This document shows, piece by piece, positions 40,676 through 51,607 of a DNA stretch of 64,000 bases. Each line of letters opens with the position of its first letter. The stretch's first letter is position 1. Origin of the DNA: a virus. The notes under the pieces are model-generated. The model saw nothing but the letters and a program-made list of their open reading frames with translations. It did no database searches and was not told the origin of the DNA. The position numbers were made by a program, and so were the translations under genes. The stretch lies in IMG/VR virus record IMGVR_UViG_3300032245_001163. One strand, written 5' to 3'.

Positions 40676-41007
40676 CACCCGAAGAATTTTGGTCCGTACT
40701 ACACAACATGCCGGAACCTCAGCTGGTATTTTATCGTTTGTATCACGATGATCAAGGCAATCCACTATTCTATAGCATGGAGGATCAGCCTGGTACATAC
40801 ATTGAGATTGACCAAGCGACTTTTGCTCTTAACTCAATGAATGTGCGTGTACGCAATGGAAAATTAGTAGAAGTAGTTTGGCAAACAACGTTTAAACTGG
40901 TCCCTGGCAACTCTGGATCCCCTTGTCATCCTGACAATGTCGCTGTAATCGTTGCTGAGGACCAACCTCATACCAAATGGAGCAAACAAACATATGAATC
41001 AAATTGA
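40672..41007 (+). CDS. Hypothetical protein
   Basis: Likely start ATG 40672 (MTPEEFW..., ATGA overlap); in operon. Confidence 0.6.
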   Translation: MTPEEFWSVLHNMPEPQLVFYRLYHDDQGNPLFYSMEDQPGTYIEIDQATFALNSMNVRVRNGKLVEVVWQTTFKLVPGNSGSPCHPDNVAVIVAEDQPHTKWSKQTYESN

Positions 41008-41920
41008 CATTGCAGACCTAGACTGCATATACTTGAGTTATGACGAACCCGACAAAGAAGAGTTTTGGGTAAAAATTAAAAACATGGTACCCTGGGCTAC
41101 TAGAGTAGATGGTGTCAAAGGATCAGATGCAGCACACAAAGCCGCGGCTGCTGCCAGTACCACTGAACGATTTGTATTGATTGACGGCGACAACATTCCT
41201 GACGCTGAGTTTTTCAATCAAACACTGACATTTGCTACACCAGAGTGGGAACAGGCAGTGTTTCGTTGGCGTGCCAGAAATCACATCAACGGACTCATGT
41301 ACGGCAATGGTGGCTTGAGTTCATGGACACGTGAGTTTGTGATGAACATGCGCACACACGAAGCCACTGACGGACGTGCGGAAACCGAAGTAGAGTTTTG
41401 TTTTGATCCCTTGTACTGGGCCATGTACGACTGCTACTCAACCACATACCCCAATGGGAGTGCATTTCAAGCCTGGCGTGCCGGATTCCGTGAAGGTGTA
41501 AAGATGTGCTTGAACAAAGGTGCTCGGCCCACTGCGGAACAATTTCAACAACAGGTGCATCAGCGTAATCTGGATCATTTGACCATATGGCACAATATTG
41601 GTGCAGATGTCAACAACGGACAATGGGCCATGGCCGGTGCTAGACAGGGCACTTACATGACCATGCTCACAAACTGGGATCACAGACTGGTACAAGACTT
41701 TGATGCACTGGCTGAAATTTGGGAAACTGTAAAAGATTCAGATCCTAGACTGTTGGGAGGGCGTGTGGCAGATGATTTGCACAGTCAACTAGACCTGCCC
41801 ATGGCCATCTTTGAAGGTGAGCAAAGTAAGTTTTTTAAACAGCACTATCGTAGTAATTGGCACAACCGTGGTGTCATGGTTAGAGAGATTGACGTTATCA
41901 GACAGCAAGAAGGCTGGTAA
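40994..41920 (+). CDS. GT-A-fold glycosyltransferase-like protein
   Basis: DCIYLSYDEP, RVDGVKGSDAAHKAAA, FVLIDGDN (DxD), NGLMYGNGG, AWRAGFREGVK; likely start ATG 40994. Confidence 0.65.
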   Translation: MNQIDIADLDCIYLSYDEPDKEEFWVKIKNMVPWATRVDGVKGSDAAHKAAAAASTTERFVLIDGDNIPDAEFFNQTLTFATPEWEQAVFRWRARNHINGLMYGNGGLSSWTREFVMNMRTHEATDGRAETEVEFCFDPLYWAMYDCYSTTYPNGSAFQAWRAGFREGVKMCLNKGARPTAEQFQQQVHQRNLDHLTIWHNIGADVNNGQWAMAGARQGTYMTMLTNWDHRLVQDFDALAEIWETVKDSDPRLLGGRVADDLHSQLDLPMAIFEGEQSKFFKQHYRSNWHNRGVMVREIDVIRQQEGW

Positions 41921-42990
41921 TGTCATATTTTACGTTGCCAACTGGATACAAACATTCGTTGAATGCTCGACCCAGGGGTAGATTGTCATCTACACCAATT
42001 CTAAACAGTTGCAACGTGCCATATCACACTGTGGTGGTTGATTTTAATTCAAATTGTTTGATATGTGGATGTGATGGTTGGCTACCAATTCCTGTGGGAC
42101 AGGTACAGGATTTTGATTCACTTGAAGATGTATGGAACAGCCCGGTTGCAAAAATATTGCAACAAGATATTGATGCTAAAAAATTTACTTGGTGTGCAGT
42201 AGAACATTGTGGTATAAAACATCGTAATGTAAACCAAACAAGATACGAATTATCCATCAATATAGATGAAAGTTGTAATTTACACTGCCCTAGTTGTCGC
42301 AGGGAACCAATAATGCATTTGTCTGGACCAGTGGTAGACAAAAAAATTCAAGATGTTGAGCGCATATTACTGTGGTTGGAATCATTTGATCAGCCCATAC
42401 ACATTGTCCTTTCTGGCAATGGTGATCCATTGGCCAGTGCAATTATTCGTCCGCTGATAAAAAAATACAAACCAAAAAATAATCAAACTTTTAAATTGTT
42501 TACCAATGGGTTGTTAATAAAAAAACAATTGACTGATACGGAAATTCTTAAAAACATATCAGAATTTTCGATCAGTGTTGATGCTGGCAGTCAAGCGGTG
42601 TATGAAAATGTAAGGCGTGGTGGTAGTTGGGCAGTGTTATTAGAAAATTTTGAATATCTAACGTCCATTAACAAAAATAACTTGGTGACGTTGAATTTTG
42701 CGGTGCAATGCAACAATTTCAAGGACTTACAAAATTTTGTTGACATCTGTAACTATTATAATTTTAATGGGCAAATCCATGGACTTGATAATTGGGGCAC
42801 CTGGAATACTGATGATGTTTTAAACCCTGATGCATGGACAATCAAAAATGGAACATTTCAACAACATGATGTGTTACACAAAGGACATGTACAATATCAG
42901 GAGTGTGTGGAAGTAATCAACAAAATTATGTCTAATCAAAATCATAAAATTAGATTCTCGTTTGATGTAAAAAATAAAATTAAACAATGA
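41920..42990 (+). CDS. Radical SAM enzyme with N-terminal Cys-rich (twitch-like) domain
   Basis: CNLHCPSC motif, GNGDPL in place of GGEP, FTNG, ISVDAG; N-terminal C...CLICGC...CAVEHC. Confidence 0.85.
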   Translation: MSYFTLPTGYKHSLNARPRGRLSSTPILNSCNVPYHTVVVDFNSNCLICGCDGWLPIPVGQVQDFDSLEDVWNSPVAKILQQDIDAKKFTWCAVEHCGIKHRNVNQTRYELSINIDESCNLHCPSCRREPIMHLSGPVVDKKIQDVERILLWLESFDQPIHIVLSGNGDPLASAIIRPLIKKYKPKNNQTFKLFTNGLLIKKQLTDTEILKNISEFSISVDAGSQAVYENVRRGGSWAVLLENFEYLTSINKNNLVTLNFAVQCNNFKDLQNFVDICNYYNFNGQIHGLDNWGTWNTDDVLNPDAWTIKNGTFQQHDVLHKGHVQYQECVEVINKIMSNQNHKIRFSFDVKNKIKQ

Positions 42991-44390
42991 TACAAAACAA
43001 AGGTGATGAATCTGTAGGAAATAAAAGCCAGTTCTTGACTTCTGCTGAGCAGATGAAAGAACAATTAGGACCCGCGCTTTGTTTGGCCAAGTGGAAACAG
43101 GTCAGTCTGCACCTCACCACAGGCATGAACAACTCATGCTACCATCCGCCACTGCACCCAATCAATCCCCAAGAGATTGCCATAGATGTATCAGCATTGC
43201 ACAATACACAGTGGAAGAAAACTGCACGTCAGATGATGTTATCAGGCGAAAAACCTGGCGAATGTCAGTACTGCTGGAACATGGAGAACGAAGGCAAGCT
43301 CAGTGACAGGCACTATCGTTCAGGCGAGCCCTGGGCCGCAGTGGACTTTGAACAAATAAAAAATAGCACAGGAGAAGAAAATGTTATCCCCAGTTATGTT
43401 GAAGTTAATTTTAATCACGCTTGTAATCTTAAGTGTAGTTATTGTAGCCCTCAGTTTTCGAGCTCATGGGCAGACGAGGTCGCACGACTGGGCGCTTTTC
43501 CTACTAGCAGTCCACACAACTCTCCTGATCATTTTATGGGACAGCGTAGACCGATACCAGCCCGAGAGTCCAACCCTTATGTTGACGCCTTCTGGTCCTG
43601 GTGGCCAAGCCTGTACCCTCACCTAGAACATTTCCGTATGACTGGTGGTGAGCCACTGCTGGATAAGAACACATATCGTGTGTTTGACTATGTGTTAGAG
43701 AATCCCAATCCTCGCCTGCACTTAAATGTTACCAGCAACTTTAGTGTAGATGAAAAGTCATGGCAAAAGTATTTGAGTTATGTAAAGCAAATATGTGATG
43801 GACGCATTGAACACTTCATGCAGTATGTAAGTCTAGATGGCTGGGGCGAACAAGCCGAATACATGCGCAATGGTCTGGACTTTAATCTGCTGTGGGACCG
43901 GGTCAACCAATTTCTTACAGAAGTTCCTAATTATTCTAGCCTGACGTTTATCATCACAATGAACAACTTGAGTGTGACCAGCTTAGATAAGTTATTTGCT
44001 GGCATTCTAGGACTGCGTAAAGTTTACAGCAATACCTATCAACGTGTGTGGTTTGACACACCTGTGTTGCGTGAACCTGCTTGGCAGAGCCTGCAGATTT
44101 TGCCTGAAAGTTATGCTGAAAAACTGGAATGGTTGTGGGCATGGATGGTGCGACAGATTGAAACAGAAGAAGCACCGTTCAAAGGATTCAAAGACTATGA
44201 ACTGCATAGATTGGATCGAGACATTGCTTGGATGCGGTCTGCACAGTTAACTGACCACACTCAAGCAAAAGCAGACTTTTATCGTTTCTTCAGTGAACAT
44301 GATCGACGTCGCGGCACAGACTTTTTAAAGACATTTCCAGAGATGAAGTCATGGTGGGAGGAGTGTGCGTACCATGCTAGGCAATCGTAA
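42987..44390 (+). CDS. Radical SAM enzyme with N-terminal twitch/SPASM-like domain
   Basis: CLAKW...SCYHP...CQYCW; CNLKCSYC; TGGEPL. Confidence 0.88.
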   Translation: MIQNKGDESVGNKSQFLTSAEQMKEQLGPALCLAKWKQVSLHLTTGMNNSCYHPPLHPINPQEIAIDVSALHNTQWKKTARQMMLSGEKPGECQYCWNMENEGKLSDRHYRSGEPWAAVDFEQIKNSTGEENVIPSYVEVNFNHACNLKCSYCSPQFSSSWADEVARLGAFPTSSPHNSPDHFMGQRRPIPARESNPYVDAFWSWWPSLYPHLEHFRMTGGEPLLDKNTYRVFDYVLENPNPRLHLNVTSNFSVDEKSWQKYLSYVKQICDGRIEHFMQYVSLDGWGEQAEYMRNGLDFNLLWDRVNQFLTEVPNYSSLTFIITMNNLSVTSLDKLFAGILGLRKVYSNTYQRVWFDTPVLREPAWQSLQILPESYAEKLEWLWAWMVRQIETEEAPFKGFKDYELHRLDRDIAWMRSAQLTDHTQAKADFYRFFSEHDRRRGTDFLKTFPEMKSWWEECAYHARQS

Positions 44391-45477
44391 AATCATTGTG
44401 GATGAGTGGGCTGAAGTATGGGACTTGCTCAAGACTCATGCGGATGGCAGTTTCTGGCAGTGGTCAGATGTCGAGCTTGATCCTAACAACGTGTATATTG
44501 TTGGACGTGTGATACTAAAAGACAACTGGACAGAGATAACAGAGTGGGCACGACAGTATCCTGGACGCATTGTGTTTTCAAATCCTGCAGAAGGCAGTGA
44601 AACCATACTGTTGCAACTCACACGCTTGCGAATCAAAGAACAAGTTCGTCGCGGCGACATCTTGTTGCTGACATCAGGCGACTTGGAGCCAGGCTGGCAC
44701 TACTGCAAAACAGACTGCTACTTCTCCAACATTGTAGAATACTTGGAAAACTTACGTGCGCATGAGTCTCATCCGCAGGTGTATCATAGAACCAACAAGC
44801 CCTACGACTTCCTGTTCCTAAACGGACGACTGCGTCCACATCGCAAGTACTTGATAGATGCCATGCGTGATCGACGGTTGTTGGATCGAGCACTATGGAC
44901 CAATCTCAATGACCGTGTAGAAATGGCCTGGAGCAGTCGACTACAAACTAGCCAGTCCGAACCCGTTAGATTGTTGCCCCCACAGTACGAAATTGATCGT
45001 GCGTTACCTAACATGGACAATGTACCAACAGGATTTGTAAAGCATCATTTGTTTGGTAATACCTGGGGCGATGCTGAAATCAATCCTGCGGCCTACATTG
45101 ATACCTATTTCAGTGTGATTACAGAAACTATCTACGACTACCCATATACATTTCGTACAGAGAAAATTTGGAAGCCCATGATCATGGGGCATCCATTTGT
45201 TGTAGCAGCCAACCGCGGATACTATAAAGATTTGCATAATGCGGGATTTCAAACATTTGGACATTTAATAGATGAGAGCTTTGATCAAATTGATGATCCC
45301 TCTGATCGTGCCAATAGAATAGTAGACACAGTGGCGGATATATGTTATAATGGTGCTGCCAGTTTCTTGGAGAGTGCTAGATCTGTTTGTAAATACAACT
45401 ATCAACAACTTCGCGAACACAATCGTCGCGAACGTGCAGAACTCCCAGAACGTTTGGCCCAATACATCAATGAATGA
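44374..45477 (+). CDS. GT10-like ('TEK' motif) glycosyltransferase-like protein
   Basis: FLFLNGRLRPHR, YFSVITET...FRTEKIWKPMIMGHPF, GFQTF..LIDESFD; ATG 44374 after GGAGGAG. Confidence 0.58.
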   Translation: MLGNRKIIVDEWAEVWDLLKTHADGSFWQWSDVELDPNNVYIVGRVILKDNWTEITEWARQYPGRIVFSNPAEGSETILLQLTRLRIKEQVRRGDILLLTSGDLEPGWHYCKTDCYFSNIVEYLENLRAHESHPQVYHRTNKPYDFLFLNGRLRPHRKYLIDAMRDRRLLDRALWTNLNDRVEMAWSSRLQTSQSEPVRLLPPQYEIDRALPNMDNVPTGFVKHHLFGNTWGDAEINPAAYIDTYFSVITETIYDYPYTFRTEKIWKPMIMGHPFVVAANRGYYKDLHNAGFQTFGHLIDESFDQIDDPSDRANRIVDTVADICYNGAASFLESARSVCKYNYQQLREHNRRERAELPERLAQYINE

Positions 45478-46813
45478 TTTAGAATTTAAACAACAGGTGT
45501 TAGATCCTGTATCCGCAAGTTTTTGTGCAGCAAAATGGTACAATGCTACCATTTGGTTAGGAAGTGGGCAGACCACAAGTTGCCATCACCCGCCAGCCCA
45601 TTTGGTGGACATTGATAAAGTCCGGCTCAACTCTAGGCTGCTGCACAATACCGATCAGAAAAAAGCGGACCGGCAACAAATGTTGGCAGGCGAACGTCCA
45701 GCAGGCTGTGAATACTGCTGGAAGATCGAAGACATGGACACCAACGCTGTGAGTGACCGTGTGTACAAATCAAAAATTTATCCCATAGAGGCACTACATG
45801 AAGCAGTTAAAACTCCCGTCGAAGATGATGTCGATCTTAGAACACTGGAAATCAGTTTCGATCGCACTTGTCAATTTGCTTGTTCTTATTGTAATCCTGC
45901 TTTTAGTTCCACTTGGGTCAATGATATACGCAAGCATGGACCCTACAACGGGTTGGTTAGCGATGGTAGGAACCATTTTACTCACACTCATGATAGCAGT
46001 CAACTTTATAAATTCGGTGAGACTAATCCTTACGTGGAAGCCTTCTTTGACTGGTGGGAACGAGACCTCCACAGAACCCTCCAAGAACTCCGAATAACCG
46101 GCGGCGAACCACTGATGTCAGGCTACACTTGGAAGCTAATAGAATGGTTCAAAGCCAATCAAGGACGTAGCAACACCCGGTTGGCAATCAATTCAAATCT
46201 TGGCATTGACATGGACAAGATGAAAGATTTTGCTGTAGCAGTTGCCACGTTGCCCAAGGTGGATTTGTATACCTCAATGGAAGCAACTTGGACACAGGCT
46301 GAATATATTCGTGATGGATTGGATTACGATCAGTGGCTGAAGAATGTGCTGTTTTTGTTGGAAGGTCGATTTGTCAATGCTGTGCATGTGATGTGTACCA
46401 TCAATGCATTGTGCTTGGACAGCCTTGTGGATCACCTCAACCTGATGTTGAGTCTGAAACAACGCTATGGACGAGATCAAATCAACTTCACACTGAACAT
46501 CTTGCGTTTCCCCAGTTTCCAAAGCGCCCTAGTATTGCCTGATCACATACGCAATCGTTATCGCTTGCAGTTGGAAGCATGGTTGTTTCACAATAGAGAA
46601 AATCCTTGTTTGCACGAACATGAAGTAAATCATGTACAACGATTAATTGATTATCTTGATGTGGTAAAAACTCCACACAGTGAAGCATTTGAAATGCCTA
46701 AATTGTTAAATGACTTCCGACAGTTCTACACACAATATGACCAACGCAGAGACAAAGTGTTTGCTGAAGCATTTCCCAACTTAACAGAATGGTATGACTC
46801 AATACAAGTATAA
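45470..46813 (+). CDS. Radical SAM enzyme with N-terminal twitch/SPASM-like domain
   Basis: CAAKW...SCHHP...CEYCW; CQFACSYC; TGGEPL; likely start ATG 45470. Confidence 0.88.
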   Translation: MNDLEFKQQVLDPVSASFCAAKWYNATIWLGSGQTTSCHHPPAHLVDIDKVRLNSRLLHNTDQKKADRQQMLAGERPAGCEYCWKIEDMDTNAVSDRVYKSKIYPIEALHEAVKTPVEDDVDLRTLEISFDRTCQFACSYCNPAFSSTWVNDIRKHGPYNGLVSDGRNHFTHTHDSSQLYKFGETNPYVEAFFDWWERDLHRTLQELRITGGEPLMSGYTWKLIEWFKANQGRSNTRLAINSNLGIDMDKMKDFAVAVATLPKVDLYTSMEATWTQAEYIRDGLDYDQWLKNVLFLLEGRFVNAVHVMCTINALCLDSLVDHLNLMLSLKQRYGRDQINFTLNILRFPSFQSALVLPDHIRNRYRLQLEAWLFHNRENPCLHEHEVNHVQRLIDYLDVVKTPHSEAFEMPKLLNDFRQFYTQYDQRRDKVFAEAFPNLTEWYDSIQV

Positions 46814-48056
46814 CAGCACTGACTTGGTTCGTCCCACGGAACTGACCGAACGTGAACAATTCTTGTTGACTGAGTCAAAAACGTTTTGCATATACCCATG
46901 GATACATTTGCATGCTTATCCCACAGGAGAAGCGTATCCGTGCTGCCATGCCGAAATGTCAGTGGGCCCAGTGGGCAACTGTCGTAAAAATACCCTGGCA
47001 GAAATTTGGCAAGACACTCCCATGCAACAACTGCGTGAAGACATGTTGAGTGAAACCCCAAACGCTGCCTGTGGTCGTTGCTATGAACAAGAAAGCAATG
47101 GCTTTTTCAGTGGTCGTAAGAGTGCAAACAAACATCACGGACATCAAATCAAAAAACTGGAAACAAATCCTTTTGAAATGACCTATTGGGATATTCGGTT
47201 CTCAAACTTGTGCAATCTAAAATGCCGTAGTTGTGGACACATATTCAGCAGTCAATGGTATCAAGATCAAGCCAAATTGGCTGGCGATGATTGGAAGGAT
47301 CGCAATACAGTGTTGAACTATGCAGGACGCACTGAAACAGACATGTGGGAACAATTAGAACCACACTTGGATTATGTAGAACAAATTTACTTTGCTGGTG
47401 GCGAACCATTGTTGATGGAAGAGCACTATCGTATTCTTGATGAATTGGTCAAGCGCAGCCTGTTCCATGTGAGATTGATATACAACACAAATTTCACTCA
47501 CACCGATCTCAAAGGCCGGAGTGTGTTTGAATACTGGAAGTTGTTTGACAGGGTGGCTGTGGGAGCCAGTTTAGATGGTACAGAAGACTATGCTGAATAC
47601 ATACGCAAGGGCACAGACTGGCATCAAGTAGAACGCAACCGTGTTGAAATGCTCAAAATTTGCCCAGGTGTTGATTTTTACATCAGTCCTACCTTGAGTA
47701 TTCTAAATGCACGACACTTGCCTGAGTTTCATCGTAGCTGGGTAGAACGTGGATTGATTCAGCCACAGGACTTAAATGTTAACATTTTACAAGATCCTGC
47801 GCATTACAGAATAGACATTGCACCTGCAGAATACAAACAAGAATTGAGCACAAGATATTTGAATCACATCATGTGGCTGCGTGATCAAGATCCCCTGGGC
47901 CGTGCCACACAGGGGTTTGAATCAGCTATTACTTTTATGAATGCCACAGACAATACACACTTGATTGATACATTCTGGCGCAAGACACATGAACTAGATG
48001 AAATCAGAAAAGAAAACATCATGGAAGTAATTCCAGAACTAGCAGCATTGAAATGA
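46794..48056 (+). CDS. Radical SAM enzyme with N-terminal twitch/SPASM-like domain
   Basis: CIYPW...GEAYPCC...CGRCY; CNLKCRSC; AGGEPL. Confidence 0.9.
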   Translation: MTQYKYNSTDLVRPTELTEREQFLLTESKTFCIYPWIHLHAYPTGEAYPCCHAEMSVGPVGNCRKNTLAEIWQDTPMQQLREDMLSETPNAACGRCYEQESNGFFSGRKSANKHHGHQIKKLETNPFEMTYWDIRFSNLCNLKCRSCGHIFSSQWYQDQAKLAGDDWKDRNTVLNYAGRTETDMWEQLEPHLDYVEQIYFAGGEPLLMEEHYRILDELVKRSLFHVRLIYNTNFTHTDLKGRSVFEYWKLFDRVAVGASLDGTEDYAEYIRKGTDWHQVERNRVEMLKICPGVDFYISPTLSILNARHLPEFHRSWVERGLIQPQDLNVNILQDPAHYRIDIAPAEYKQELSTRYLNHIMWLRDQDPLGRATQGFESAITFMNATDNTHLIDTFWRKTHELDEIRKENIMEVIPELAALK

Positions 48057-49432
48057 GCACCTGGAAAGAATTCTACACACAAGTTCGAGATCCCAGTTGG
48101 CCTGATTGTGAAACTGAATTAGAATTTGATCATCTACCACAGCATATTCAAACTGAATGCATTGAAAATTTTGGATATGTGCCTGGTAGTTTTAAAAACA
48201 AATCCAAATTGATCAACAAAAGATTTCCTATTGTATCTGACACTGCTTGCCAGTTGAAATGGAATTGGAGTACAATTTATCTTACTACAGAAAATACTGC
48301 TAGTTGTCATAGAACAAATCATCATAAGTTTGATACGCAAACATTTGATTTTCATAATACTCCTTCTAAACTAGACGACCGTGCAAAAATGCTTCAAGGT
48401 CAATGGCCAAAAAGAGGATGCGAATATTGCCAAGATATTGAAAAAGCCAATGGGCAAAGTGATAGAATAACAAATCTGGACTTTCCTGGAATCCATGCAC
48501 CCAAAGAACTTGAACAAAATATCAATGCAATTCATGTTACTCCTAGAATGCTGGAAGTGTATTTTGATAACACCTGTAATTTAAAATGTTTATACTGCGG
48601 TCCACATTTTAGCAGTTTATGGGACGCCGAAAATATCAAATTTGGACAGCCTGCATTTGTAAAAAGCAAAGAAATCAACAATAACAAACAAAAATTATTT
48701 GAATGGTTGAGAATTCACAGACAAGATCTTGCAGTGTTTAACATATTAGGTGGTGAGCCGTTGTATCAACCTGAATTAGAACAATGTTTAGAGTTGTTTG
48801 AACAATATCCAGCACCTGAATTAAAATTACAAATATTCACAAATTTAAATGCTCGGTTGCCTTATCTGCAAAAAATAATTCAACGTGTGAAAACATTGAT
48901 TGACAATGAATGCATTAGAGAATTTGAAATTACTGCCAGTTTGGACTGCTGGGGAACTCCTCAAGAGTATGTTAGATACCCTTTGGATTTGCAACAGTGG
49001 GAAAACAACTTTGAATATCTGGTCAATGAATCCTGGATTAATTTGATTGTAAATTCGACCATTACACCATTGACCGTAAAAACACTGCCTGAGTTATTGC
49101 AAAAAATAAATGCATGGAGTGAAAAAAGAAAAATTTATCATTATCAAAATTCTGTAAACGGTCCCAATTACATGTTTATAGATATTTTTGGAGATATTTT
49201 TCAAGAAGATTTTGCTAGAGCCATTGCATTAAAACCTAACCGTACGCCTGAAGAAATAGCCAGCAAAAATTACCTAATTGGTATTGCTAAACAAAGCAGC
49301 CACAGCGGACCAAAGCCAAAAGAAATACGACAATTATTTGATTTTTTAAATACCATGGATCATCGTCGAAATACCCATTGGCCCACAGTGTTTCCTTGGC
49401 TAGTAGATGAATTTGACAAATACAAATTATGA
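48053..49432 (+). CDS. Radical SAM enzyme with N-terminal twitch/SPASM-like domain and short extra N-terminal module
   Basis: WKEFYTQVRDPSWPDC leader; CQLKW...SCHR...CEYC; CNLKCLYC; LGGEPL. Confidence 0.88.
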   Translation: MSTWKEFYTQVRDPSWPDCETELEFDHLPQHIQTECIENFGYVPGSFKNKSKLINKRFPIVSDTACQLKWNWSTIYLTTENTASCHRTNHHKFDTQTFDFHNTPSKLDDRAKMLQGQWPKRGCEYCQDIEKANGQSDRITNLDFPGIHAPKELEQNINAIHVTPRMLEVYFDNTCNLKCLYCGPHFSSLWDAENIKFGQPAFVKSKEINNNKQKLFEWLRIHRQDLAVFNILGGEPLYQPELEQCLELFEQYPAPELKLQIFTNLNARLPYLQKIIQRVKTLIDNECIREFEITASLDCWGTPQEYVRYPLDLQQWENNFEYLVNESWINLIVNSTITPLTVKTLPELLQKINAWSEKRKIYHYQNSVNGPNYMFIDIFGDIFQEDFARAIALKPNRTPEEIASKNYLIGIAKQSSHSGPKPKEIRQLFDFLNTMDHRRNTHWPTVFPWLVDEFDKYKL

Positions 49433-50634
49433 ACATACCACACGATAAATTTTGTGTATTACCTTGGATCAGCATCGAAGCCTCGCCTGTTGGTACTGTG
49501 CGTCCTTGTTGTCTTGCTGATGATGAAATCCTAGACGATTCAGGCAACAAGTTCGAGTTAAGCACGGCTGACTTTGCTGACATACAGAACAGTAATCATA
49601 TGCGCAAGTTGCGTGAACAATTTCTTGCTGGTGAACGCCCACAAACATGTCGCAAGTGTTGGAATGAAGAACGTGGCGGCCGTACCAGCAAACGCATGCA
49701 TACCCTGGATAGACTCAAGCATAGTATTGCGGACACAGAGTGGACTGCGGATGCCAAGCCCTTGATGTTTTTGGATTTGAAACTAGGCAACATTTGCAAC
49801 TTAAAGTGTCGTATATGCGGCTCATGGAGCTCAAGTCAATTTGCCACAGAAGACATTAATCAACTACCACGTGAACAACAAAAGTCAAGTCATGCATATC
49901 AAATGCTACGTGCTGGCGCCTGGCCTAGAGAGAATGTTCAGTTCTGGCAACAGATAGATTCAGTACTAACAGACATTCGCTATATTGAATTCACTGGTGG
50001 CGAGCCGTTCATGATTGATGAACACTTTGACATGTTGCAAGGTATCATTGATCGTGGCATCGCACATCAAGTTGAAATACACTACAACACCAACGGCACA
50101 CAATATCCTGCTCGTGGTCAAGCAATTTGGCAACATTTTAAAACTGTAGAAATTGCATTTAGCATTGACGACATAGGCGAAAGATTTGAGTATCAACGCA
50201 CCAATGCAGACTGGGCAGTGGTACTGGACAATATCACAAGTTTTCAGTATCTAAAAACTCAAATGCCCAACTTGCAATTACAATGTTGTAGCACTGTGAA
50301 TGTGTTCAATGTGCGCTACATTGATGAACTGGCTCGTTGGACTGTGTTGCAAGGATTTGACTTTGTGTACTGGAACATGATGCATGATGCTTGGTACTTT
50401 AGTATTGCCACGCTGCCAGACACGGCCAAAGCCAGCATAACAGAACATTTGCGTACAGCAGATGTACCAGCACAGTATCGTGCGGAGTTTGATCGCATCA
50501 TGGACTTTATGAACACTGGTGCGTCAACAGATGGGTTTATGACACGCATGAAAATTGCAGACTTGGATCGCAAACGCAATCAAAACTTGCGCACAGTTGA
50601 ACCTGAACTTGCTGAGTTGATTGGGTATGAGTAA
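49429..50634 (+). CDS. Radical SAM enzyme with N-terminal twitch/SPASM-like domain
   Basis: CVLPW...GTVRPCC...CRKCW; CNLKCRIC; TGGEPF; YNTNGT. Confidence 0.9.
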   Translation: MNIPHDKFCVLPWISIEASPVGTVRPCCLADDEILDDSGNKFELSTADFADIQNSNHMRKLREQFLAGERPQTCRKCWNEERGGRTSKRMHTLDRLKHSIADTEWTADAKPLMFLDLKLGNICNLKCRICGSWSSSQFATEDINQLPREQQKSSHAYQMLRAGAWPRENVQFWQQIDSVLTDIRYIEFTGGEPFMIDEHFDMLQGIIDRGIAHQVEIHYNTNGTQYPARGQAIWQHFKTVEIAFSIDDIGERFEYQRTNADWAVVLDNITSFQYLKTQMPNLQLQCCSTVNVFNVRYIDELARWTVLQGFDFVYWNMMHDAWYFSIATLPDTAKASITEHLRTADVPAQYRAEFDRIMDFMNTGASTDGFMTRMKIADLDRKRNQNLRTVEPELAELIGYE

Positions 50635-51607
50635 AATAAAACTAATTTACAGCACTACCACACATCCTTGTTTTACACAAGGGTTTGTGCGTGAATTGGT
50701 AGATGAGTATTTTGATCTAGTTGAGTATGATCCAAACAACACATATTCTCCACAAGACACTGTGGTGCTACAAACACACATCGGGGTGTTACAATCGCAG
50801 CCTTGGCACATGCATTTGGTAAAACAAGGATTCAAAACTGTTGTTGATCACTTATGGGACAGTGATGTAGATACTCCTAGCATGATCAAAAACAATGCGT
50901 TGATATTACGCAACGGCAATTGGTTGTGGTATCGAGAAAGCATGCATTATCAGTTCATGGGATATGATCAGTATCAACCTCAGCGCAATTACCAACATGC
51001 ATTCTTTATGCCAATAAACAAGGCAAGATCACACAAAGATCTGGTAATTGAAAGGTTAGCACCTGTGCTAGATCAAGGACTATACAGTTATGCTGAACGT
51101 GGACGAATGTTGCCCAATGACTTTGATAGAGAGCAACAAGGATACTGGCTGTATTATTTCAATCCCGAATGGTACAACACAACTTGTTTCAGTGTAGTGG
51201 TTGAATCTTACATGCGAAGTATGGCATGGCAACGCAATCCAGAGGTCCCAAATTATAAAACTGAGATATCAGAAAAAAGTTTCAAACCCATAGCATACCG
51301 TCATCCATTTATTACATTTGGCAGTGTTGATACCATGAAATATTTGCAACGTACAGGATTTGCTACTTTTGATAATCTATGGGACGAAAGTTATGACAGT
51401 ATTATTGATGATGATAAAAGGCATCACGCTGTGGCTCAAACAGTGATTAACGCAGTCAAAGAATACAGTTGTGGTAATTTAAAATTTGATAATCTAACCG
51501 AAGAAAAATTACAACACAATCATGCAAGATTCTTTGACATGGCGTTGGTCAAGCAACGTTTCCGAACAGAAATCATTGGAGACGTATTGTCTTACATAAA
51601 CTCATGA
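50627..51607 (+). CDS. GT10-like ('TEK' motif) glycosyltransferase-like protein
   Basis: CFSVVVES...ISEKSFKPIAYRHPFI..G, GFATFDNLWDESYD; likely start ATG 50627. Confidence 0.55.
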   Translation: MSKIKLIYSTTTHPCFTQGFVRELVDEYFDLVEYDPNNTYSPQDTVVLQTHIGVLQSQPWHMHLVKQGFKTVVDHLWDSDVDTPSMIKNNALILRNGNWLWYRESMHYQFMGYDQYQPQRNYQHAFFMPINKARSHKDLVIERLAPVLDQGLYSYAERGRMLPNDFDREQQGYWLYYFNPEWYNTTCFSVVVESYMRSMAWQRNPEVPNYKTEISEKSFKPIAYRHPFITFGSVDTMKYLQRTGFATFDNLWDESYDSIIDDDKRHHAVAQTVINAVKEYSCGNLKFDNLTEEKLQHNHARFFDMALVKQRFRTEIIGDVLSYINS

